A stretch of DNA of 64,000 bases from Blasia pusilla (lineage: Eukaryota): the NCBI GenBank assembly GCA_050084515.1, contig CM114271.1, forward strand, positions 47,244,001-47,308,000, written 5' to 3'. Numbering within the stretch: the stretch's first letter is position 1; the number at the start of each line of letters is the position of its first letter. The notes under the pieces were generated by a model, which saw only the letters and a program-made list of their open reading frames with translations, did not search any database and was not told where the DNA came from. Of the stretch, positions 52,020 through 64,000 are shown in pieces. A program made the translations under genes and the position numbers.

Positions 52020-54560
52020 ATGGCTTGGCGGGGGCTTCTTGTAGATTATGTAACTCTAAACTCCCCGAATGCATCTTGGAGCTTAGGCTTGTTGTCATTT
52101 CGGAAACATGTACTCTTCGCAAAAATTGATGTAAGACGAAATATCTTACAAAAATATTTAGAATATGATCATGACATCCACTCTTCATTCTCTAATAATA
52201 TGAATTCAAATGGTTGTGTCAAGAAAATCATTTCTTCGTAACATCTAATTGTGAAAATTCTTAACTATAAAATTTCTATAAACCACTTTATGTTTGCACA
52301 CTAGAGAAATTACACAATTGGTATTAAAACTTACTTTAGGAGGCATGTTTACATCCATAGGTTTCTAAACAAGGATATACAACGTACAATCCTAAGTCCT
52401 TCCATAAATAACAATTGGAAGTAGTTAATATTTTTCTACAAAGAAGATCTTTATGTGGTATGGACTAATGAAAGGGAAATCAGAAACCACTCGTGTCATA
52501 TCTCCATTCATGATTGATAAACATCAGTATCATAAATCTTAATTTTTTTCTTTATATATAGTTTAAAGTTATATATGACCAATACACATATCTCGTCAAC
52601 TCATTGATAAATGAAAAAGTTTTCCCCAAAAAAGTCTACACTCATCAATCTCTAAAACTCCCAAAGAATGGATCATAGTCAAATTATTCTCCCAAAAGAG
52701 ATAATCCACTTTCATTGACAGATTAACCAAATCCAATATCATTGTCTCAAGAATAACAAAGACAACTCTTCTAGGATAACAAGTCCCTCCATAATAGTCC
52801 ACACTTATCAACCTATGAAATTCCTCGAGAATGGATCGTGACCAAATGATTCTCTTAGGAAGGGTTATCACTATCTTTCGAAGAGTAACCAAGACTAATA
52901 CCATTGTCTCAAGAATCACAAAGACAACTCGAAAATATGAAATTCAAGGAAGTGAACCTTTGAAGGTCTTCCTTTTTATGTACTATTTTATATATAGAGG
53001 AGGTATTAAGCCTTCCTCTTAATTTACAAGTAGACAACTCGTGCCATACATGGGGATGAAGGGACTAATTGTGTTGCATATATTTTTTTTCCTATTGCAT
53101 GTAGAATGATAATATTTTCTTGTTGCCCATCTAGGGAGAAATATTTTTTGTTGCACGGTTGCCACATGTCAAGCAGAGAATTGTTAATTTGCAAATCAAG
53201 AAGGCATTCTCCCATAATAATATATATTTCAGAATTTCTTTATTTATATTTATGTAGGATGTGATATGGTACCATTTTAGTTGGAAAAAAAAAGTGAAAG
53301 GTGTCTTATATTCAACATTTAATGAGGTTGCTATCTATTCTCAACTTCTCAAGGATAACATTATTTTATTGCTTGCAAAAGGCTTGCCTTATCTGCATTT
53401 ATTTTTCACTTCATTGACTCTTTGCAATTATTTTAGCTTATAACACTTATAATTATGCTTGACATGTTGTACTATGGAGTCAAATTTTGGTTCCACTCCT
53501 AGAAGATCTCTTATATGAACTACTTAAGGAAAAAAATTCCCAACCATCATAAATAACTTCTTTGGTGATTATATCTTTGGACTTACATTATCTACTTTCA
53601 TTAATTGTAAGAATTCTAAAAGTCTAACCTTACATTAACTTGCCTATTACAAAAGATTATGATTCATAAACTCCCCCTGAACACTTCAATTGTTAATAAT
53701 GCGTTATTATTTGCAAGATGAAGGAAAAAGATTGTTTCATTTTCCAAATGTGCCGCATGCTAATTTCCAAACCCTCCATTCATATTCATATTTAAAGGAA
53801 GAAGCAATGATATGTTATATATAGATGGAAATTATTCAAATAAGTAACATTGGAAGAAGCACAATTAAATGAAGTACAACATGCTATTTAGGATGCTATA
53901 CATTATGAACCTTATAATATATGCCAAAATGCTCTAGTAGCTCCGCGATTTTGTTTCATCAATGGCCAAGGTGGGAGAGGAAAGACATTTCTATTCAATC
54001 TTGTCCTTGCAAGTGTGAGAAGTGAAGTAGACATAACTTTGGCTTATGTTTTCTCCATAATAGTTGCTTCATTGATAGATGGAGAACGTACATCACATTA
54101 ATGTTATAAGATTCCCATCAATCTTCATGCGATATCTACTTGCAAGTAAGTAATTACTTAATATATAAAAAAAACAATACATATTTGAAGTTCATATCTT
54201 TAAACTGATGCAGAAGTTATGACTTAATGCACTTCATTGTGTGAATTATAATGTACTTATCAATGATGATGTAGCACATTTAATCATAAGTACAATCCTT
54301 ATTATATGGGACAAGGCGCCTATGACTCATGGTCATGCATTTGAGGTGGTGGAAGGTACTTTGCTAGATATTATGGGATGGATCTTTGATGACCACAGAA
54401 AAATACCATTTGGTGATGAACTAAAAATCTTTAATGGAGATTTCTATAAAGTCTTGCCCATCGTCCATCATGGCGACCCCCAAAAATTATCCAAGCCACT
54501 TCAAAGAGATCAATGTTATAGTCTTATGTAAAGATGATGAAGTTGACGACAAACATCAAA
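52020..54560 (+). mobile_element. Helitron Rep/Hel relic (PIF1-like helicase)
   Basis: YSTFNEVAIYSQLLKDN; Walker A FINGQGGRGKTFL (~53956); GERTSH..KIPI; IIWDKAPM; GDFYKVLPI; KLTTNI. Many stops. The 5' boundary is approximate. Confidence 0.8.
52615..52935. repeat. Two-copy ~160-bp degenerate tandem repeat within the Helitron relic
   Basis: CATTGTCTCAAGAAT.ACAAAGACAACTC at ~52740 and ~52902; AGAATGGATC at ~52665 and ~52827. Confidence 0.75.
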
Positions 54561-55199
54561 ATTCATATGATGAAGTTGACGACAAACATCAAGTTCACTG
54601 TTGAAGATCAGTTCTTCATGTCGGGAAGCTTTGGCAAGAACTTGGCGTGAGACTCGTAGCAGCAAAGCTTAAGAAACATGATAGCAACTCATATTTTTTG
54701 GGCAATAGTATGAGCTATATGCCGAATAAGTTATCCAAATAGTCCCATTGTCTAAGGACTCCCAAAAATCACATTCCAAAGAGTCTTAGATTTCTAGGGA
54801 CTCACATGCAACTCTGAAGGATGTGGTCGGTGGAGGAGCCTACATTTTTCATTACAGGGAGTTCAGACGTGCTACAGAGACCTTCAACTCAAACTGTTGA
54901 ATTGGTCGCTCTGTGTATTGAGGAATTGTGAGAAATAGTCTGGAGGTAGCCATCAGAAATTTTTTTGGAGATATTCATTGACTTAGCATCGGAAGTGAGA
55001 ACATTGTGCACCATTTTGTTACTTTCTGATTACATCCTCTCCCATAGCCGACTCCAACAACTATGGGAGATGATGTACTCATAAAGCTACAAAATCCATT
55101 GCCAGATATCTCTAGACCCATGTCTTTGTTAGATAGTGATGGTAAACCGGGTTGGGATGGATGCAAGAGCGAAAGAAATGCACGGAAAAAGAACGAATG

Positions 55200-55313
<114 letters not shown>

Positions 55314-55364
55314 TCATTAAGTAGCGTCTATCATAGACCGTGCGCCCTGGTTGGATGGTGCTTG

Positions 55365-57372
55365 AGACTGGGTTCGGTTTCCTTAGTTGTGACCATAAAT
55401 GCATGAAACACTTGTAACGCTAGCCGTGCTTGCATCTTGCACTTGTGTTTCTCTAACTCCAAAGCGCAAATCATCCTAGTGCGAGCTCGCTAGAGTTCAG
55501 TTGTTCCGCTTGGCGCTCGTTTGGTTATGAGGGCCGCAAAAAATCCGCTCCGCCACCCTTAAAAGCTCCACGCTGGTGTTTGGAAACTCCGTCATTATGT
55601 ATATGGCCTTCTCCACACTCGGTTTGAGTCCATCAATGAATATGACTATCTGAGATGCCTCATCTATCTTAGGAATGGAGCTCAGCTTCGAGCTGAACTC
55701 CCTCACATAAGCGCTAAGGGACCCAGTCTGCCGCAGTCAAACGAGCTCTACCCTATCACGGATCACCTTTCGAAAGTTAACCGCCTCTGGAATCTTATCT
55801 TGCTCCGCTGCTCTCTGCCCTCTGCCCTCGAAGTAGGATTCCGTCTTTGTAAGGAAATCTTTCACCTTGCAAGAAGGCCCACTCAAGTGAATAGCGTGGG
55901 TAGGTTCGACTTGCATAGCTTTTTTCCAAAACTCAAAGCTCGGTCCGACTCGAGCTGTGCAATCCACTTGCTTGGCAGAAACTCTTGCTCGATCATCATC
56001 TTCATATAGTCCATCAGTTGGGCATAGAATGCCGATTCACTTGAGTTTAGAGCCGTTGGCCCCGCGGGAGGGTTTGTGTTCGGGGCACCCTCATGTCTGG
56101 TGTTCGGCACCTCAGGAGTTGGCATCTCCTGCACCAGCTCTCGATCCGGCATCGGTTTGTCTCGCGGTTCCCGTTGCTTGATTCAGCGTTTTCGTGTTTC
56201 TTCTCCCTCGATCGCCATCTTCAAGCCGCCACACTCAGATCTCCTCTTTATTTCTTGCGTTTGACCCTCCCCGAGCGTATGGGCCTCGCCGCTACCTTGG
56301 GTTTTCCCCAACCGTCCGATTGCTCCCACCACCCCAAGTTCTTGCTCATCAAGGGTTAGCTTTGATACCACATGTAGTGCACGATACCTCAACGTCAATC
56401 TTAGTGTTGTGGAAGCATACGTTGAGTAGGACACACTCTCATCGCCAACATGCACCCAAATGCACTTACGTTAGTCTGGCTTGGGTCAAGCGGCCTTCCA
56501 ACTCATTGAGTCTACAACTTGGCACCTCATGAAGCTTAGCCTTCCCTCATTCCTAGGTTCCCAACACGGGCAAGTTGTCCGAGACTTTGGGACAGACTTT
56601 TTGGTTAGTCCAACACCTAAAACGGTGTTTGCGCACCTACCGGTCCCAAATGTCCAATGGACCTTGCATGAGTCCCCAATCGAGACTCAATGATATGAGT
56701 CGAAAATTGGAATCCAATGGGGACCCGCGAAATTCAATCTATTGGACTTGGTTCGGGTTTTGAATCCCAACGCCAAAATTCCTGATCCGTTCCGTGCCCT
56801 TGAGTCGCCTCCTGGCGCCCGAAGTGGGGTTTGAGTCCCAAGCATCATTTGAGACCTTCCACCTTACTAGTACTTATGGGGACTCCCAAGGTCCCCCTAC
56901 CTTTGGGAAAGAGCACTTGGACCCCTCTTTTTGGCCCATAACCCGACTCCACGTACAGTCAGTTTTGGCCCATATCTCGATTCTGCTCAAGCATTTTCCA
57001 AGATCTTTGGTGCGTTGGAACCGGCTCCAAAAAATATTCTCAATATTACCTTACTTGTCCCAAAATATCTTGGCACTAAAGCTATGGTCAAAAGTACAGT
57101 CGGAAACTCCAAAGGCTAGCCGCGTCCCAAGTCTGGTTCTCACACCTTGGTCACGTCCCCTTCCAAGACTCGACTTCTCTTAAGTCTGGGTTCCGCGTTT
57201 CGTTCCGGTTTCCTTAGTTGTGACCATAAACGCCTGAAACACTTGAAACGCTCGCCGCGCTTGCGTCTCACACTTGTGTTTCTCTAGCTCCAAAGCACAA
57301 ACCATCCTAGCGTGAGCTCGCTAGAGTTTGGATGTTCCCCTTGGAGCTCGTTTGGTTACGAGGGTCACGAAA
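55365..57372 (-). mobile_element. Internally deleted Gypsy element related to the 45-51 kb one (LTR-PBS-partial gag-LTR start)
   Basis: LTR 57372-56373 is homologous to 45118-46135; PBS TGGTATCAAAGC at 56370-56359; gag MPDRELVQEMPTPEVP...LLRVAERI; a second LTR start follows at 55541. Confidence 0.88.
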
Positions 57373-59241
57373 TATATTGGTTTAGGTCCTTCTTGATGAT
57401 CAAGGAAGTTTGTCCCAAGTTTTGAATGACGTGCCTATTTTGGGGAGTGAGGGTTTAGGATAGTGTATGATCATATCTCGGACTATTGAGTTGAAGGGAT
57501 GATCCAAAACTCATATTCATGAGGCATAAGGCTTATTGATGTAAACTATGGCTAGTGTGAGTGTCTTTGGGTGCACTTATATTATGAGAGCGTAACTTAT
57601 TGCACACAAGCATTTACTAAAAACAAGGAAAAAAGTTCAAGGAAATAGGTGCATAATAGTCTTAAAGATTCCTTGCGGATCTTTCCACCAGCTTACCAAA
57701 AATACTTGAAGGTATATGGTGGAATCTTAGCCTCAGTCAGACAAAATCCCCTACTTCAAAGCTTACATCATGCCTATAAACATTAGCTTGTTGCAACCTT
57801 GGGCATATTCTAAGGATATGAAAGCCTCTATGTAGTCCTCCAATTTTTTCGCAAAAAAAATTTCCACCATCGGCATGGTGCTTGGTTCTTTGAACTATGT
57901 TGGACTCTTGGGATTAAACCCCAATTACTTAGAGAGGAGGGATATGCATCCTTTAACCAAATGTGCAAAGTTATTATACTTAAACTCAGCCCTGGACAAT
58001 GCAAGTGAATATTTGAATTTGTTTGATAAACAAAAATATGGTTTCACATCCTCCTCAAACGCTAATTTACACATTCTAAAAGACCCGTTATGTTCAAGTT
58101 ATAACCAAAACTAGAGTGCCGATTTGTTCCTAGCACATTAAAAGAACGCGCCTAAAACTTGGAGACAATTTTTTTGGTCCCGATCGGGTAAGGTAACTCC
58201 CCAAGAAATGTAAGCCCCAAGGACACGGTCAAAGAAAAGGAGAGCCACTTCTAATGCCCTTACCTTGTTTTGGGTTAGAATGAAAGGTCTTATTTGAAAA
58301 AACTTCTCTACTACCATCGTGTTCAAATTGATTTGCTAAATATGTGTTATATCTCTAAACACTAGATATTGTCCCGATTGTGTGTGCAAACTCGGATGAT
58401 GTATTCCAAATTCATCTCCATTCATGCTGATTTACAATCGTATAAAAAACCAACACCAGGCCTGCTTCTACATATTGTGAATCGGAATTCATTTCGAGCA
58501 TGCACCACTCTTCATGTCACGGTGTAGCCACTAGTCCTCGACTTCAGTTGTGTGGAGTTCACAACTTAAAAACTCGAAAATCCCAAATCTTGTCTTCTAT
58601 CTTTCTCCTTTTGAACTTCAATACACAAATGGAGCCGCCACACTAGTTGCTGGGTCCGATCGATTTGGTGTGACACCGTAAGAATCCAAACTTCACTTCC
58701 ACCAAACCCAACGATGACATATACTAAAAACACATCGTGACACCCACCAACCTTTCTCCATCCAAACCCAACAATTCCACAGTGCGATCTCACACGCCAC
58801 ACGCCATCGAGCAGGTGAGCAAGTAAACTTCCGGGTAAGAAAATACGGTTTCTTCGACCAAAGCCAACAACAACTATGCGACCTTGCGAAGTGGCTTCGT
58901 CGAAGTGACTCTCCTGTGCCATGGACCTCACCGCACCAGGAGAGAAAAGTCGGATTCTCAGTCACTCCAACGGTAGTTAACCAAGCGTTTCACTCAAGTA
59001 GTCGCATCGAGCTGACATTGTCTATCCATTGTGGACTTTGTGGAGTGTCTGACGCATGTGCCCTTTTTCTCCTTCGGATCTTGAAACACATGCAGCACGG
59101 GGATGCTCACCTTCCAAGTTGCCGAGCCGAGTACACAGTGCACTGCGTAAGAGCTCTGAGTATTTTCCTTTCCGCATGGCGTGGTTGCCACAAGTCATCC
59201 GTCTCACCGAGAGCAACCGAGCGAGATTCGGTGAAGACAAC

Positions 59242-62200
59242 AAAGATGCACTTCGATAAAAACGAGTGATGGAAAACCCATCGAAAGTACAAAAGAGGGG
59301 GACTCAAAGAGTCAAAACCTGAAGGCCACAACACGACCAGAAAAGGAAGAAGGGGGCATTCCCCCCCCTAACGACGAAACTCACCAACAGCAGAGACAAT
59401 ATCAGCAACAACAAGAGAGCTATGACTACTACTAAGTGGGCCTCTAGCGCGGCGTCTCCCATGGCTGAGCCCCGCCAAAATCCCATTAGCGTGGGCACGC
59501 TGCAACGCTATGGAGACCGCCGCCTGTCTGAGAATCGCAGAGCTAAGGACAACCCATTTCTCGAGTGGAGATGATGGGCGCGATCCGTAAGTGAACGAAG
59601 TCGAACCTCTCCCCCATAGCCCCATACATCTCTATGGGAGGGGATGAAGATGTGTCCCTCGTGTAGTCGACTGTAGATATGTGTCTTCTTCGCCGCCGCC
59701 GCCGCCGCCGCTCCTTGTAGCATTCGCCCTTGGGCCACCACTTGGGCTCGCACTGCCTCCCGCGTAGGATCTGTGACTACCACGTCCGCCACAACCACCT
59801 CAGCCTCACGTGTCATGTAGAGATCGGCACGAATGAGGGAATCCCGCATGGAGTAGTGCCTCTCTCTCTGCACATGGAAGCCACTCTCCCGAGCAATACT
59901 GAACATGATATCCCGCCTTTGCATCATGAGTGGCTATCCTCTCACCCCCAACTCGACAGCGTGCCAAATGCACACCAAGTGGATCCAGGCTCCGGCGACA
60001 CTCGCAGTGTGTCGAACCAACCACCGATGGTTGGGGGAGGCCCAAGCGGAACCGCATCGCTGTGGTATAGGTAAGTGGTGCGATACGGAAAGCCTGGAGA
60101 AGGGGGCGCGCCCCTACCCATGAGCCTGCCCCCTTTCCGGAGCAAGAGCGAATACGGGCCCTAACCTCCATGGGGATATTCCCGTCAGACATAGTGCCTC
60201 TAAAATCGCCTCAAAGTGGGCTTCCATCAAGGAAGATTGGAGCCCAGGCCCGACCGGAGGTAACTAAGGAGGAGAAAGTGGGGAGAACGGCTCTGGCCTC
60301 AACTCGAAGGGAATCTCTACAAGCTGTGAGTGAAGACTGAAGTGGGAAAGAGCCATCCTCGACCTGGGAGACGTAGTGTAGAAGGAGCGGTCTATCTCTA
60401 ACCAAAAATCGGGAGCAAAGGAGGGGTGCCACTATGGCCCAACTCCCTAAAAAAGCGGAGGGCGCCACTAACTCGGTCGAGAGAAGACCTACTCCACCAA
60501 AAGAAATCGGCCAAGAGGCCTTTCTCACGAGCTAACTCCCCATGGGGCACTCTAAGGAGCCGGGTCCTAGAAGATCCCCAAACACTGCATGAGCTTCCTA
60601 TCAAAGGATCTATATAGGGAAGAAAGGTGACTAGATGTCCGCATGCAGTTCTAGTGAGGTAACCAGGTCTACGAGCAAAACAAGAAGAGAGAATGCCGAA
60701 GGCGACTTGAGGGTCACCAATCCTCGTAAGATCATCAACGTGGAGAAGATCCTCGGTAAGAGCCATTGCCCACGAAAGTCGATACAAAGTCCTGGCTCGA
60801 GCGGTACTCCCAAGACTCGAAGCCCTCCGACAGTCGCAAGAAGCCGTCGGGTAAATGTAGATCATCACGTAGGCCTAATGGAGACCAAGCCTTGCACTTC
60901 CCCACCTTCACCGCCAGGCCGACACGTGCCAATCTGTGGCTTTGAAAAGTGCTCGAATGCGAGGGACAACCAGATCTCGGGACCAACAATATGAGTATCA
61001 TCGCGCGTGAAGGAACATGCAACCCGGGAAAGCCTCCACCAGAGAAAGAACCGCTCGGTAATGAGCCACAACAAACAACGCCACCCGGAGGGTCACCCCG
61101 ACGAGTCCCGTGAGAGACTCCAAGACCGTGACCTCCTCCTCGAATCGACCATGGTGGAAATAGGGCCGAAGGGGCCCCATAAAAGCTGCACAAAGGGAAT
61201 GAGGCTCGCCATGGGGCCACCAGCGTCCCTCAACTCGTGAATATAGTAGCCCGAGATCTTGAGTTGAAGGCGTTCTCACGCGTCCACTTGGAGAACCACC
61301 CCTCTGGATGTACATCTAGACAAGCCCTCAAACCTAAGGCAACCGTCTCACATCCGGCTGGCGTGGCAACTCCAAACTGGTGCGGACTCAGATGTGACTG
61401 GAAAGCCTCACGGAATTGCAAAGCGAGAGTACGACTCACCAACCGCAAGAGCACCTCACCTATGGCAATCGGACGGATACCACCACCCCCCTTTGACAAC
61501 GCCAAAAGTCGCCCCGCCCCTAATACTTGGGCCATCTGCTTTGTTGGCACTCTCCCCTGAGCTAGGTGAGAGGCAACCTGAAGCAACTCGGAGAAGCCGC
61601 TAGCGGTGTCCTCGGAAGGAAAGCAATCACGAAGGTGTTCGTACATCATACCAGACAAACCTCCGGCCGCAATCCTCGGAGAACGCCCAAAGTGCCCGTG
61701 CAAAGAGGGACGGGTCAAGGCATATAGCCCGTGTCGGGGTGGAAGTCACGTGCAAAAGCTGGAATGTCAACCGATGGACGAGGATGTAGCCTCGGAGGGC
61801 ATCGATGGTAACGGCTGAAGCAGAGCCATGTCCATCGGGCGAAGAGCACGCGGCGGCTCGCGAGTACTCACAGGCTCGCCCAGTGTCCTACATCGCCGCA
61901 ACCTGGCCGCTCCAGGATCGTCTGCCGGAAACCAGGTGAACTACTTCCCTGGCGAATGCCACAAACTCACTCTGCAGAGACTCCCAATCACCTCCTCAAA
62001 GCGTCTCAGACGTGCTATAACCTCTCTATGACCGGCCTTTCCCCCCGAGTGTAACGAAGACACCATCGTGGAAGGAGAAGTAGTAGGTACCACGAGAGCT
62101 CATCCATAGGATCAAGGGCGATCCTAGCGAGGGGAAGGAGGAATGCGTGGCGGAGGTCGTCCCCGAATAGCATGGGGATCCTATGAAACAACCTCGGCAG

Positions 62201-63010
62201 GGAAAACGGGTCTCGAAGAGACCTATAATCTGCCCTGGTGGGACCTCAACCACTCCCATGCCTCGGGAGGGGGCGATGATGCGGGAAGCACCGGAGAGCA
62301 TCCATGGTCGCATGAGGGACCACCCATCCAAATCTATCAAAGTCGGGATGTTTAGCCGCTAAGTGGTTCCAATTCTGAACAGTGAAGAATTCGGGACAAC
62401 ATGGGCATTTAGTATCCGACTAGGCGACCCACGGGTCCCCACACGGGGAGCCAATGCGGTCGAGGCATGGATGCAACTCACCAAGAAGAGGATATGGCCC
62501 CTCCAATAAAATCGTGCGACAATCCCCGTCAATAATGATCCTGTCATCCCCATTCGAACGAGCGGTCTGGCAAACCACTCTCTTCCGTCCACGGTAATGC
62601 TCCCTCTAACATAAACTCTCACCTACCAACATCACCTAGGACTTCTAGTCCCAACCCCCTCCCAAAAATAAACTCATGAATACGTAGAGTTGCTAAGAGT
62701 GTGAAAAGATCATGGGCCCTTCAAGATAAAATAGATGAGAAGAAAAGTGTATGTACGGGAAGGGTAACAAATACAAACGAGAATCGAACCAAAATGAGAA
62801 GCACATACGACAAATACGACAAACAAGAAAGGACTTGGGAAAGGAGGGGAAGGGTGGGTGAATAGAGGACGTTACCTTAGGAAATTTCTCCAAATGACAA
62901 TAAGCTAAACCCTAATATTCACATTTGGAACCCTAATATGAACCGAATTCTAAAAAGATGAATAAAAATAAAAATACTTCACGCCATGCAGCAAGGTCCG
63001 GATCAAAACG
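59242..63010 (-). mobile_element. Apparently full-length CRE-like non-LTR retrotransposon (RT plus RLE) with many 1-bp indels
   Basis: GGIRPIAIGEVLLRLVSR, QFGVATPAGCETV, ENAFNS, DDTHI; CECRRSLDPLGVHLARC...H; RADLYMT...VVADVVV (PD-D/ExK-like); 5' UTR with telo-box-like motifs; shared 3' UTR. Confidence 0.92.
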
Positions 63011-63326
63011 AAGCTCTCGTCACGCATGGGACTCGGTCAGCATGAGTTACACCCACAAACTATGTTGCGCTAAAAAGCAACGCTGTTCAGCTCGGGCTAG
63101 TACAAGACTACACCGAGCGAGCACGAGCGGGTGAGAAGTCGTCCATTCTCAGTCTCCCAAATATATAGATATACGCATATAATGGGGAGTGATAGATAGC
63201 GAGAAGAATATTCGTTTCTCGGAACACGAAGCGCTGGAATCGAGACACACGTGCGTGCAAATATTTCCACGCAGAGCTGTTCTGGAAACGGTCCAAAACG
63301 AGACACCCCAAGTCTGATTCTTTGTT

Positions 63327-63441
63327 GGGGAATGCCCCCTTCTTCCTTTTCTGGTCTTGTTGTGGCCTTCAGGTTTTGACTCCCCCTCTTTTGTACTTCC
63401 GATGGGTTTTCCATCACTCGTTTTTATCGAAGTGCATCTTT
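63327..63441 (+). mobile_element. 3'-UTR-only insertion of the CRE-like element
   Basis: 115-bp match to the family 3' UTR, flanked by a probable 14-bp target site duplication TCTGATTCTTTGTT (63313-63326) / TCTTATTTTTTGTT (63442-63455), 12 of 14 identical. Confidence 0.88.
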
Positions 63442-63658
63442 TCTTATTTTTTGTTGATCCATGGAAGAGAGAGCCGGGAGCTCCTGGCACACTCTCCCAA
63501 GGTCGTACAAGTGAACCGCTTTGCAACAACAAGGGGGCTACTTGGAGGGAGTGATCTAAGACTCTATTACTCTAAGACTTAAGATTCGAAGGCCGATTAA
63601 AGCACCGGAGGAGGTGTAAGGGGTGTAATAACCAGAGTGCGGCCGCTTTTAAGAAAAC

Positions 63659-64000
63659 AAAGATGCACTTCGATAAAAACGAGTGATGGAAAACCCATCG
63701 GAAGTACAAAAGAGGGGGACTCAAAGAGTCAAAACCTGAAGGCCACAACACGACCAGAAAAGGAAGAAGGGGCATTCCCCCTAACGATTTAAACTCACCA
63801 ACAAAGCAGAGACAATATCAAAGCAACAACAAGAGAGCTATGACTACTACTAAGTGGGCCTCTAGCGCGCGCGTCTCCCACACTGAGCCCGCCCGCAAAA
63901 TCCCATTAGCGTGGGCACGCTGCAACGCTATGGAGACCCGCGCCTGTCTGAATCGCAGAGCTAAGGACAACCCATTTCTCGAGTGGAGATGATGGGCGCA
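63659..64000 (-). mobile_element. 3' end of another CRE-like copy, continuing beyond the window
   Basis: Near-identical to 59242-59580. Confidence 0.95.

Noticed and set aside
57400-58340. Possibly decayed coding sequence next to the LTR
   Set aside because: No motif could be assigned to any family, so it is left unannotated.

Overview
Repeat-rich nuclear DNA from a land plant. A non-seed plant such as a bryophyte or lycophyte is plausible but cannot be established from this window. There are two intact spliced host genes, both on the minus strand: a 5-exon PAN/Apple plus cyclophilin-like protein (3759-7325) and a 3-exon CYP71-clan cytochrome P450 (25857-28985). Most of the rest is transposon sequence: a hAT end, solo LTRs, Ty3/Gypsy elements, six copies or fragments of a CRE-like non-LTR retrotransposon with a restriction-like endonuclease (RLE), and Copia, Helitron and probable MULE relics. 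The main finding is a ~9 kb Ty3/Gypsy element (12225-21220, minus). Its polyprotein has a C5 cytosine DNA methyltransferase domain between protease and RT and a PHD finger at the integrase C-terminus. It lies exactly between two long (GA)n tracts inside another solo LTR, shows no tRNA PBS, and has an 11-nt complement consistent with Tf1-type self-priming. This copy is pseudogenised. All calls come from reading motifs by eye; no database searches were run.
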